Below, in pieces: positions 28,401 through 36,602 of a stretch of DNA of 60,285 nt (the stretch's first letter is position 1; each line of letters opens with the position of its first letter). The stretch covers positions 1 through 60,285 of IMG/VR virus record IMGVR_UViG_3300006865_000001, one strand, 5' to 3'. The translations under genes were made by a program, and so were the position numbers. Source of the DNA: a virus (lineage: Duplodnaviria > Caudoviricetes). Under the pieces are notes generated by a model. It saw only the letters and a list, made by a program, of their open reading frames with translations. It was not told where the DNA came from and made no database searches.

Positions 28401-28880
28401 ACCCACCTGCTGTGTGACTGTACGGTTCGGTACCCCCTCGATCATGTCAGCGAGCTGGTTGCCCGTAGCGTAACCGAGAGCCGAACCGGTCACCGTGCCG
28501 ACTGTTGCACCGGGGATCGCGCCGACCAGTGGGATAGTCACACCCCCCGTCAGGCCGCCGACTGCGGCACCGCCGATACCGCCAGCAACCGCTCCACCAC
28601 CCTCTAGAATAGGACGCACGGCATTGGCTACTCGCTTGCGCCCCTCGTCAAAGGTTACGGGATTCTGTGCCATGCTCTGACCCTTAGCCTTGCCCCAATT
28701 GCGTACACGGGTCGGCACGGTGCCCTCTTCTGCCAGGAAGTCACTGGCTGTCTTGCTGCCGCGGCGTACCGGTGCTGGGGTGCCCCCGTGCTGCGCGGCG
28801 AGCTGGTCGAGGATACCACCACCGCTGGCTGCTGGAGTCGCTGTTGCGTGCTTGGCTGCCAGGTCGTCAAGGATTCCCAT
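25446..28880 (-). CDS. large ejection/internal virion protein with C-terminal ART-like domain
   Basis: 1144 aa, Ala-rich with a Gly-zipper N-terminus, in the P22 gp16 position; C-terminal LYRGE...WFS...E. Confidence 0.7.
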   Translation of the reverse strand: MGILDDLAAKHATATPAASGGGILDQLAAQHGGTPAPVRRGSKTASDFLAEEGTVPTRVRNWGKAKGQSMAQNPVTFDEGRKRVANAVRPILEGGGAVAGGIGGAAVGGLTGGVTIPLVGAIPGATVGTVTGSALGYATGNQLADMIEGVPNRTVTQQVGKTVNQLATGASLEMGGAVLAKGAGALVQGGRNLIQRGAPFSPARNRINAAQEFGDAATGVGGNWKTTDPGFAERTAVTDSNRLAQVKQATRNRDDALFNRLNADRPGQRPLQPSAGQREGGKLLALEQKQRLKYKTRGTSDGTMPFDERVNLNSAVNADTALTRVNRQVGRGEQLPASEYASTTGERIIKSVQESEAQVAPEVKRLFNQEGYKYEMPRVEFDDALQTTLDSNLDETARKAVEGVAAFAKGADKTAGGLKSIKETIDGRISQAIQSGDRAAASALQRVKQGVWDSFEAMGKSAEAGDVAIHEGRIIYPSKLRSQIATLDERIAAEQAAGAKPDLATMRAEMGAQPGMMKVTGESDAVYAARLTKEYEKAGKPVPLEGQQGTAVTPPPAPQQTWNEFTGSKMSEYMKSEGGHAGAMKRLGAEWQEIKAAPQPAAPTAPASNTLTELTTRRQALQDTLTAAQPAEDVAASYASARRYTREEQKDRFARDTIAGILKKGDQYGGLNTPLEQIPDKVFTPRGAFELVRAKMPYVPATGPVDQAARFTAGRQAAGELVYPHVVTRFTKAAIEPSTGVMSVPAAERFLRDNAEVLNTLGLTKDVEQIIKGQLPKAIRTHLDGLGVDSLRNPTMSARMAIKFAKKQFGPSIGKYFGSTRAVMDWAHTLEISERSNVVATLRGSNTAEKLDLLALGDKVSMFGAVLAKAGWLMNSIKGAVGAVVKNPMKSAEARVDQIIQDGLLDGNVAASLMEIYRAKKYTDISQRAADTLKPYFIQIMATQAGPPSEAQGGGPEASVQPADTTKQEARELLRTGGKEMSSAERRQLVGNVMKALPIGGITLKSWDAAASFVEPIVAKGLVRLYRGETPKFATTAADTSAGRWFSLDREAAEHFGQTASETAGTKGRLSFVDIPAADVVKYANHPEIGEFAGKAEQAVILPSNLANLRKTLFDVPKSSMMGDAKWKKLVEDAKRRFNESKGK

Positions 28881-29118
28881 GTGCTAGACCCCTCATAAAC
28901 CAGTAGTATGCTCGACTGTCAATCTCACCTTGGCAATGATTGCATCGGTATTTCTTATTCAGCGGATTGTCAGGCGTGATGTCGGTGAAGGTGTGATAGT
29001 CACACTCTGCCAGCCGACGATGGTTCTCTTTGACCTCTTCCCACAGACTGGTCATCTCAGTACGCGGTATTCCGCTGACCCGTGTCAATGCGTCTCCTAG
29101 TGTCTCGGGGGCGGTCAT
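28867..29118 (-). CDS. small Zn-binding hypothetical protein
   Basis: CDYH...CNHC; overlaps both neighbours. Confidence 0.6.
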   Translation of the reverse strand: MTAPETLGDALTRVSGIPRTEMTSLWEEVKENHRRLAECDYHTFTDITPDNPLNKKYRCNHCQGEIDSRAYYWFMRGLAHGNP

Positions 29119-30941
29119 ATTCCCTTGGCCCTCTGGAATGCCTGACCTATCTCGGTATCGGAGAAGCCGCGACGCTTCAGGTTATCGTAGACAGCCTGTT
29201 GCCTGCCAGCATCATTCCACTTGCCGCGCATATCGCTACCGATCCATTTGGTGGCTTGACTGATACGCGGGGGTGCTGCTGGCTCCTTGCCGCCTGCCAT
29301 GCGTTGCTTAATCTCGACGCCGGTATCCTTGAGAGCCTTGATCCTGTTGCCACCCTCTTGCCGTGTGGCTGCCATCAGTTTCAGCATCTCGCTCAGGGGT
29401 AGGTTCTTGTCGTGTATCTTGTCCATGTCCACACGGGCGCCTTCCGACACCTGGGCTACTGAGCCAGCGCCACCGGCCTGCAGTTTGGCATTCTCCGTAC
29501 TGATAGCCGATACCAGCATGTCATAGATGTTGATGTTGGCTACGCCGACCAACCTCTTGTTGAAGTCCCGGGTACCCATGTTCAGGATGCGATTGCGGTC
29601 CAGATTGAGCGTCTTGGACATCGTGGTGATATGCTTCTCAAGCTGGTCGATGTTGTTGTCAATGGTCCTGACGAAGCTGCTGGAGGCGTCGAGCTGCTTT
29701 GTGTTGAACTTGAGCGACCCGGCATCAGCCTTGAACGATTGGGTGTCGGCACTAGCCTCCGCACCGGAGATACCTTTGCCCTGCGCCCACTGCGAATACT
29801 CCTTGGCAAATTGGGTACGACTCCTACCGGCCTCCTTACCCCACCCGAAATCGGGTTTCTCGCCTGTCGCCTTCTTGTTCTCAAACCACCATTCTTTATC
29901 TTCCTTGCTCCAGGCGGTGAATGAGTCGGGTGGTTGACTGCCGCTGTTCTTGAGGTCGAATGTGAATCTCTTGTTGTCCTTGGCAGCGGCGGCGTTCTCG
30001 GCACGTACCTGCTTGGCCGCTTCAAACTCAACCTGCTTGGGTGACCATTTGGGGTTCTTGGCGGCGAGTTGGGCTTTGAGACCATCGAGGTATGCACCCT
30101 CCGTGCTGATCGGGTCACGCGGCTCTTTCGGCTCCCATCCCACCGGTCTACCGCCCTTGGTGGTCATCTTGTACATACCAGGGGGCGTATCAGGTGTGAT
30201 GCCGAGTTCAGGATGCTTGACGGCTATGCCGGCTATCTCCGGTGCGGTGAACTGTTTGGTGACTTCGACTTGCTGCTTGCCGGTCACCTGTAGATCGACC
30301 GTGTTGGGTATCATACCCTTCACATCGGGATCGGCTTGTGCCTGTTTAGACAGTGCCTGGAACGTCTCATTGTCACCGGCATCAGCAGCCTTGCCCATCA
30401 TGTCCTTGTAGAAGGCCATTTTGGAGGTTGTTCGGGGTGCGTTGGCGGCAGTCTGAGCGGCGGTAATCTGCTGGTCGTATGTCTGAGCATCCTGCGCGGT
30501 GATCTGACCGGAGTTGTACAGATCGCGTAGGCGAGTGCGTTGTGCGGTGTAGTCCGGTGTAGTGGATGCCGGTGCAGGAGCAAGTTGATTGGTCACACCG
30601 GGTTGTGCTGTGCCACCAGGCACCTGAGCCATCTCACCGTACAGTGTGGCCGCCTGTGGCTGGCGCTGTGCCGCTATCAACGGGTCCATGCCACTCGCGG
30701 TCGGTGCCGGCTGCGGCTGCTGTGCCAGTTGGTTGACCGGCTGCGCTGCGGTCTGCTGCCTAGCACCATACAGCGACTCAGCTACCAGACCGGCAACCGA
30801 CTTCTTGCGCTGGTCCTCTGCCGCTGCCATACCGGCCAGTCGATTCTGTAGCCGGTTGGCCTGCATCGCGTCACCGTAGGCGGCTGCTTGCATTGCGTTC
30901 AGCGGAGCGTTCGAAATGGGGGTGAAGTCAAGTGGTTGCAT
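29115..30941 (-). CDS. DNA ejection protein (gp20 position)
   Basis: Q/A-rich helical protein between the gp7-like gene and the large ejection gene. Confidence 0.65.
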   Translation of the reverse strand: MQPLDFTPISNAPLNAMQAAAYGDAMQANRLQNRLAGMAAAEDQRKKSVAGLVAESLYGARQQTAAQPVNQLAQQPQPAPTASGMDPLIAAQRQPQAATLYGEMAQVPGGTAQPGVTNQLAPAPASTTPDYTAQRTRLRDLYNSGQITAQDAQTYDQQITAAQTAANAPRTTSKMAFYKDMMGKAADAGDNETFQALSKQAQADPDVKGMIPNTVDLQVTGKQQVEVTKQFTAPEIAGIAVKHPELGITPDTPPGMYKMTTKGGRPVGWEPKEPRDPISTEGAYLDGLKAQLAAKNPKWSPKQVEFEAAKQVRAENAAAAKDNKRFTFDLKNSGSQPPDSFTAWSKEDKEWWFENKKATGEKPDFGWGKEAGRSRTQFAKEYSQWAQGKGISGAEASADTQSFKADAGSLKFNTKQLDASSSFVRTIDNNIDQLEKHITTMSKTLNLDRNRILNMGTRDFNKRLVGVANINIYDMLVSAISTENAKLQAGGAGSVAQVSEGARVDMDKIHDKNLPLSEMLKLMAATRQEGGNRIKALKDTGVEIKQRMAGGKEPAAPPRISQATKWIGSDMRGKWNDAGRQQAVYDNLKRRGFSDTEIGQAFQRAKGI

Positions 30942-30949
30942 ACGGTCTC

Positions 30950-31732
30950 CTACCAACTCATCGAGGACGTATCCCCGAAGCTGCCGAAGTCTACGTTGTT
31001 GATATTCCCACCAGCCTGATTGTAGGTCTGACCGTTTGCCAGATAATTCTGATACATCTGGTTCTGGTTGTAGGCACCATATGCGTTGATGCCGGTCTGG
31101 ATGCCAGAGTTGAGTATGTTGCTCTGGTTGGCTGCACCCTGCATCCGTATGTTGCCCTGGTTGGCTGCTCCGGTCATCAGCGTGTTGCCGATCCCTTGTG
31201 CCATCCCCATGCCGGCAGCACCGAGCTGTGTGGCTGCGGTCTGCCCTGTGCCGGCTACCCCTGACAGACGGTTGAAATTAGTGTTCTGAGCATTTAAACC
31301 GCTGTTGAACTGGTCCATCTGGCTACCGTAAGCCCGCTGATATGCTGCACCGTACTCCTGGCTCCCGAGTTCCTGACCGTAGTTCTGCAGGGCCACGCCG
31401 AGGTTGCCGCTGCCGAGGTTGCCGCCCGCCGCACCGGCTGCCGTGATCGCATCCACACCTTGCTGCATTCGGAACGCATAACCCGGGTCTGTCTGCACCT
31501 TGCTCTGGTCGAACTGGAATGTGGGCGTCGATGCGAACTGACCACCAGGCTGGAGACCGGCACTGAGTTGGTTGACCGCCCCCGTGCCTGATGTGAGCCA
31601 CGGACGCATGTTATCCTGCGTTATGCCGAACTGTCTGCGCTGCTCGTCTACCGACTGACCGGATGCCTCAGCGTTTGACTCAGCGGCGTCCTCGGTTGCA
31701 TTAGCGCCCATGATACCGGATACTACGCTCAT
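30950..31732 (-). CDS. DNA transfer protein, P22 gp7-like
   Basis: PWL.SG..A..QL, DPGYAFR.QQG, G.LGSG, G/Q/A-rich. Confidence 0.85.
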   Translation of the reverse strand: MSVVSGIMGANATEDAAESNAEASGQSVDEQRRQFGITQDNMRPWLTSGTGAVNQLSAGLQPGGQFASTPTFQFDQSKVQTDPGYAFRMQQGVDAITAAGAAGGNLGSGNLGVALQNYGQELGSQEYGAAYQRAYGSQMDQFNSGLNAQNTNFNRLSGVAGTGQTAATQLGAAGMGMAQGIGNTLMTGAANQGNIRMQGAANQSNILNSGIQTGINAYGAYNQNQMYQNYLANGQTYNQAGGNINNVDFGSFGDTSSMSW

Positions 31733-32172
31733 TTTAGTTCTCCTTCATAGTGCATCTCTAGCAAAGAGAGACCTTCCCGCTCATAGAATCGTTTGAGTTC
31801 ATCAGGCATAGAGCATGGTAGGTAGATCATGGCGAGGCGGGTAGCCCCTTGCTCTCTAGCCCACTGCTTGAACCGGCTGTAGAGTTTGATACCAGCGCCC
31901 CTGCGTCCAGCAGCCGTGTACCAGAACATCTCTATGGCCGTCAGTCTACCGCTCAATGGCTCGGGTGATACGATACCACCAATTCCCCCTGTGACCACGC
32001 CGGCTGGATCGACATCGAGGAATATGACGCCTATTTCGCTGGTCAGGGCACGTCGCCAGTATTCCATGTAATGATAGGCGTTGAACTCCATACCCGGGAT
32101 AATATCGGTGTACTCACGGGCGCATGGCAGGATACGCGGTATATCAGCGAGTGTGGCTTTGACCAGTGCCAT
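31729..32172 (-). CDS. GNAT acetyltransferase-fold protein
   Basis: EMFWY...RRGAGIKL...WAREQGA...FYEREG, in the gp14-like position. Confidence 0.8.
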   Translation of the reverse strand: MALVKATLADIPRILPCAREYTDIIPGMEFNAYHYMEYWRRALTSEIGVIFLDVDPAGVVTGGIGGIVSPEPLSGRLTAIEMFWYTAAGRRGAGIKLYSRFKQWAREQGATRLAMIYLPCSMPDELKRFYEREGLSLLEMHYEGELK

Positions 32173-32173
32173 G

Positions 32174-33181
32174 CTACCTCCCGTTTAGTAACCCTGTGAC
32201 CACGAAATTATTCACCGATCCGTCATCTGCACGGTGGTATGGACCACAGTCTATGTCACATAGGTCCACGTTATTTATGTCATACCACGAAATGAGCATT
32301 AAGTGTTGATTTTTATGCTTGACATTCGCAAAAGATGTTTTGTTGTTCCGGTTCAGCAGCAACTCGGTGCCTGGGTCGCGGTCACATAGCCAGCGTAGCA
32401 TGTCGGAGATGTAGATGTGATTTGTCACACCGGCCTCAGCCCACACGTTGCTGGCAGCCTTGATTCGCAGGCTGAGTAACACATCACGGTATGCCCCGTA
32501 CACAGTCAGCGCGTCAGCCATCTGGTCAACGTGATCGATCACCCAAAATCCTGTATCGACCTGCAGACCCTGAGTACGGCATGATTCCAAGAATTCTATG
32601 TCTCGACCACCTGACTCCCTGTGGAATGACAGACCGGCATGGAGCAGTTTGCCGGTGCGCGGCAGGTTGGCGGTGCCGTTGGTACCATTGGTCAGCACAT
32701 AGGCGTCGGGGAGTTGTTCAAGAATGGTGGCGAGGTCAGGGTGCAAGGTAGGTTCGCCACCCGTCAGGATGATTGGGCCGAGGTCGCGGTGTGCCCGGGC
32801 CTCAGCTATGATGTCGGCTGCTGGTCGGTCGGCGGTGCCGGTTGGATGGTAGCAGTATTTACATTGCAGGTTGCACCTATCGGTTATGTCGATCATATAA
32901 CCATCGTAGATATTGGTGCAACCGAGGTCTCGGCAATACTGCCAGTACGCTGGATCGCGCTCGACCATGGCTGTGGTGGCACCGTGTTCAGGGCAAATCT
33001 TATGCATCCACACTGCGCTGTGGGTCAGATAGATCGCTGCCGGTATGACGGCGTGACAGGTGGGGCATAGGCTGGTGGTCATTGTGTGGGGCATGACGGG
33101 CTGCCTGTAGAGTTCTCGGCACTTCATGGTCGCTACTTCGGCGCTATCACCGTGCCTCGGCATCGGGTCGGATTTGATCAT
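32174..33181 (-). CDS. radical SAM protein, MJ0619/Tes-like N-terminal domain
   Basis: TTSLCPTC...MHKICPEHG, CNLQCKYC, LTGGEPTLHP, TNG. Confidence 0.88.
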   Translation of the reverse strand: MIKSDPMPRHGDSAEVATMKCRELYRQPVMPHTMTTSLCPTCHAVIPAAIYLTHSAVWMHKICPEHGATTAMVERDPAYWQYCRDLGCTNIYDGYMIDITDRCNLQCKYCYHPTGTADRPAADIIAEARAHRDLGPIILTGGEPTLHPDLATILEQLPDAYVLTNGTNGTANLPRTGKLLHAGLSFHRESGGRDIEFLESCRTQGLQVDTGFWVIDHVDQMADALTVYGAYRDVLLSLRIKAASNVWAEAGVTNHIYISDMLRWLCDRDPGTELLLNRNNKTSFANVKHKNQHLMLISWYDINNVDLCDIDCGPYHRADDGSVNNFVVTGLLNGR

Positions 33182-33203
33182 ACTCGTTCACCCCTCCAGG
33201 TGG

Positions 33204-34310
33204 TCATGACATTGGGTAGCAATTCATCCCCCTGTTTTCTGCGAACTGTTTGAACGTGCTGTTGAGCGAGGCGGCCTGCTCAATGGTCACACTCCGCTCT
33301 CGATACGCCGTGCCAAGGAACGGTTGGACCATGACGGGGAACACGTTATACCCTTGCGGTATCTCGGACAGCTCGTTCAGTATGTCCGAGTACGATTCGC
33401 CGGGTAGACCGAGCAGCACGTTGCCGTGGTACGGTATACCATGCCGGTGCAGGGTGTCCAGCGCCCGGGTGATCTGTTCGACGGTAACCTGCTTGCACAT
33501 CTCATCCAGTTTATCCTGTCGGAACGACTCGACCCCTATGACAAAATACTGACCGCCTGAGTTACGGAATGCCCGGGCCATCTCATCGTCGAATATATCA
33601 GCCCGTATAGCCGCCGACCATGCAAGACCCCGACCACGCATCCCCTGGCAGATTGCCATAAACCTACCGCGACTGGCATTGAGCGTGTTGTCATTAAATA
33701 CGACGCTGGTGATGCTGTATCGCTGCTGGTATAGGTCTATCTCTTGGAACACTGCTGCCAGCGACCGGCATTGGTAATGACATGTGTGGGCACAGAATCG
33801 GCAGGAATACGGGCAACCCCTGCTGGTCAGGATACCCATGTATCGGTGTGAATGGCGCCGATGATACTCCTGGATACCAAACCCCTCGTAATCGGGCAAC
33901 GGCAGGGTGTCGAGTCGCGGTCGGGTGCCATACAGGATACCCCGGTGGGTCAGCGACTGGCTGGCTACCACATCACCCTCACCAACCACCACGCAGTCAC
34001 AGTGGGGTAGCATCTGGTCAGGGGTGAATGCCGCCAGCGCACCGCCTACGACTGTGTGAACACCCGCCTCACGGCATATAGCAGCATCTCGGATGATATA
34101 TGGCAGGAACTCGGACCAGCCCGTGAACAGCACGACGTCCTGGCCCTGTATCTCGGCGGCAAAGTCGTAATCCCACAGGTTGTAATTCAAAACTTTGACA
34201 GTGTGACCGGCTTGCTTGAGTGCTGCACTGATCAGCATAAATCCGAGCGGGTAGCAGCACGGATCGTGGATGCTGACGGCATATTTATGGCTGACCAGTG
34301 TGACTTTCAT
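33204..34310 (-). CDS. B12-binding-domain radical SAM protein
   Basis: YPLG...LKQAGH, VVGG, VVGEG, SRGCPYSCRFC, GVES, GLPGES. Confidence 0.9.
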   Translation of the reverse strand: MKVTLVSHKYAVSIHDPCCYPLGFMLISAALKQAGHTVKVLNYNLWDYDFAAEIQGQDVVLFTGWSEFLPYIIRDAAICREAGVHTVVGGALAAFTPDQMLPHCDCVVVGEGDVVASQSLTHRGILYGTRPRLDTLPLPDYEGFGIQEYHRRHSHRYMGILTSRGCPYSCRFCAHTCHYQCRSLAAVFQEIDLYQQRYSITSVVFNDNTLNASRGRFMAICQGMRGRGLAWSAAIRADIFDDEMARAFRNSGGQYFVIGVESFRQDKLDEMCKQVTVEQITRALDTLHRHGIPYHGNVLLGLPGESYSDILNELSEIPQGYNVFPVMVQPFLGTAYRERSVTIEQAASLNSTFKQFAENRGMNCYPMS

Positions 34311-34318
34311 GGGTCGGC

Positions 34319-34347
34319 ATGATACGTGATGTCCAGATGAATGTCAA
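34319..34347 (-). promoter_or_regulatory. sigma70-type promoter for the rSAM pair
   Basis: TTGACA(34347-34342)-17-TATCAT(34324-34319), ending 8 nt before the ATG, with no SD. Confidence 0.75.
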
Positions 34348-34775
34348 TACACCACCATCAGCACGCCGGTTGCCGTCCGATACACTGCACCAGCGACCAG
34401 CCCACCGACCAGAGCAGCAGCGTTGTCGGCATGGACCGGCAGCGCGGTGAAATCGGGCACGGTGCCCAGTATCCCGTGGTCGAATGCCGCCTCATGCGCT
34501 GCCACCGCGCCGGCAACCTCACCGTCCACGTCCGCGAGTGTGACAGTCACATCGGCTGTGAGAGCATGACCATTGACCGTGCGGGTATCCGGTACGGCGC
34601 CTGTCACCTGGCTGGCTGTGTAGTCACCAGTCTCGGGGGTCACGGCACCAAACCGACCGTTGAAACCCGTGACCGCTCGGTCGAACGACTGCTGAAACCA
34701 TTGCAGCCATGCCGGCGTGGTGATACGGGTTGATGGTTCACCGTGTTTGAGGGGTGCTTCGACCGGCGCTCTCAT
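34344..34775 (-). CDS. virion protein (gp26 position)
   Basis: TPAWLQWF motif, directly after the gp10-like gene. Confidence 0.6.
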   Translation of the reverse strand: MRAPVEAPLKHGEPSTRITTPAWLQWFQQSFDRAVTGFNGRFGAVTPETGDYTASQVTGAVPDTRTVNGHALTADVTVTLADVDGEVAGAVAAHEAAFDHGILGTVPDFTALPVHADNAAALVGGLVAGAVYRTATGVLMVVY

Positions 34776-36523
34776 ACGGGCTGCACCACGTATCCGAGGA
34801 TTACCCGCTTACATGGCGAGCTGCAGCGTAGTTGGAACACCCTGTCCCGCGCTCGACCGAGCGACCGCCACACCAGCCGTTGCCGGTAATTGCCCGGGCC
34901 ACCCATACTGCGTGGGTACTCGTTGCTCCAGGTGTGACCGGCATCACGGCTGATACTCAGTGCCATGAGTGGTCGGACGGGTTGACCCAATACGATCACC
35001 TCCGGTGGTGAGGTATACCCGCTACCTGGGTTGGTCACCGTGATATTAACCACACTGCCGTATGCCAACGTGGCCGATGCCGTAGCGCCCGATCCGTTGC
35101 CATCCACTGACCGCAGTATCACCGTGACCTGGGGGGTCAGAGCGGTCATTACCTGACCGTCATCAAACGTGACTACTGTCCCATCGTTGTACAGTACGGC
35201 CTCATATTGGTCCCGATTGTCAATATAGTCGGCTCCCGGATATGTGACAGTCACACTAACCACACCACCCGACACGTCCAGTGCGGATAGTGCTGTCGCC
35301 GGTACAGCCGGTCCGTCCAGACCTACGCCTGACTCGATGGCTACTTGCAACTCGCCAATGAATATGTCGCCCATATCGGCATCGGCTAGGTGCTGAGTGC
35401 GTTGTAGACCGGTGATCGGCTGACCGGCGTCCGTATGGTACCGGCTACCCATCTCGTACAGCCGACCGCTCTGGTGGTCACCTACCAGATGCATTCCGTA
35501 GGATCGGACATAGCAGTTTGCTCTGTGCCTGCCGGTCGTGCCACCGCTGACCCGTTCATGCCACATCTGAGTGGTCAGATCGTAGACCCATGTCCAGTTG
35601 TCAACCGGATTGGTCAGGACGTAGAACGTATGACCCTCGTCACTGTAGCAGTACGCGAAGCATTGGGTCAGGTCGGTGGATTGGCTCATGTGCCATATAA
35701 TCGCTGGTGGGCTGACCACTGTCGGCATATAACCGTTCAGCATCACGACGCCGATGAAATTATCTCGCTCATGTGCCAGGAACAGGACCGATGAGCCACC
35801 GAGGGCGACCGACCACGGGGCGGGGGTGCCGTAGTTGATGACCGCGCCGGCCATCCGACTGTAAGGAAATCCGACACTGGTGGCGGTACCGTTGTTGTAA
35901 TATATCTCGGTGCTGAACTCCTTGATGAAGAATAGCTGCTGGTACAGGCTCAGGACTGTCTGCACCGAGTCGGGTGACGCTTGGATGGGCGCCGTGGCGA
36001 GGGGATTCCATGTCAACCCGTCGTAGATGTCGCTGGCGTATGCATTCATGGTGCCATCCACGCCGATAAAATAGCTGTCGATGAACACCAGATGGGTGAG
36101 CGGCATGGTGACGGTGGTGAATACCCCCGTGACCGTGTTGTAGATGTAGGTGTTCTCGCCGTCTGCGATAGCTATCTGGTTGCCACCGATCCCGTCAGCC
36201 AGCAGACCGTTCTGCGCCATGCTGACCCTGCCCGTGGAGGTGGTCAGGCTGCCGAGTGATAATGATACGGCGCCATCGGCGCTGACACGGACCAGCGCAT
36301 TGCTCTGGACAGCGTACAGCAGACCATCCGGCCCGGTGATCACACCCCGCACGGGGCTGGCGATGCCGGCTGAAAACAGACGTAGCCCGGGGGTGCCGAT
36401 GAGCATTGCTATGCTGGCGCTGCCCGGGGCATTGGTCAGTTCGGGGTACCAGTTGATCAGCCTGGCTGACTCTTGGTTGATGCTGCGGCCTGCGTAGGCT
36501 GATGGGATTGTGGGTAGACGCAT
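34772..36523 (-). CDS. packaged DNA stabilization/tail hub protein, P22 gp10-like
   Basis: INWYPE, TPGL, GHTFYVL, TWVYD..T..WHER, S.DAGHTWS, VWRSLG.ARDRVF. Confidence 0.88.
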   Translation of the reverse strand: MRLPTIPSAYAGRSINQESARLINWYPELTNAPGSASIAMLIGTPGLRLFSAGIASPVRGVITGPDGLLYAVQSNALVRVSADGAVSLSLGSLTTSTGRVSMAQNGLLADGIGGNQIAIADGENTYIYNTVTGVFTTVTMPLTHLVFIDSYFIGVDGTMNAYASDIYDGLTWNPLATAPIQASPDSVQTVLSLYQQLFFIKEFSTEIYYNNGTATSVGFPYSRMAGAVINYGTPAPWSVALGGSSVLFLAHERDNFIGVVMLNGYMPTVVSPPAIIWHMSQSTDLTQCFAYCYSDEGHTFYVLTNPVDNWTWVYDLTTQMWHERVSGGTTGRHRANCYVRSYGMHLVGDHQSGRLYEMGSRYHTDAGQPITGLQRTQHLADADMGDIFIGELQVAIESGVGLDGPAVPATALSALDVSGGVVSVTVTYPGADYIDNRDQYEAVLYNDGTVVTFDDGQVMTALTPQVTVILRSVDGNGSGATASATLAYGSVVNITVTNPGSGYTSPPEVIVLGQPVRPLMALSISRDAGHTWSNEYPRSMGGPGNYRQRLVWRSLGRARDRVFQLRCSSPCKRVILGYVVQPV

Positions 36524-36602
36524 GTGTTAGGCTCCTAGTGGTCAGCCGGCCTCGATGATTCGCGGGTTGCTCCCTTCGCCACCCCGAGTTCAGCGCGGTT
36601 GT

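Noticed and set aside
32174-34310. 7-deazaguanine (QueE) or RiPP pathway assignment for the rSAM pair
   Set aside because: No FolE, QueD, QueC or DpdA genes, no adjacent precursor peptide and no SPASM motif were visible.
36524-36602. Possible tRNA or ncRNA in an intergenic gap
   Set aside because: No cloverleaf, T-loop or CCA could be built. No tRNA or rRNA was recognised anywhere in the window.
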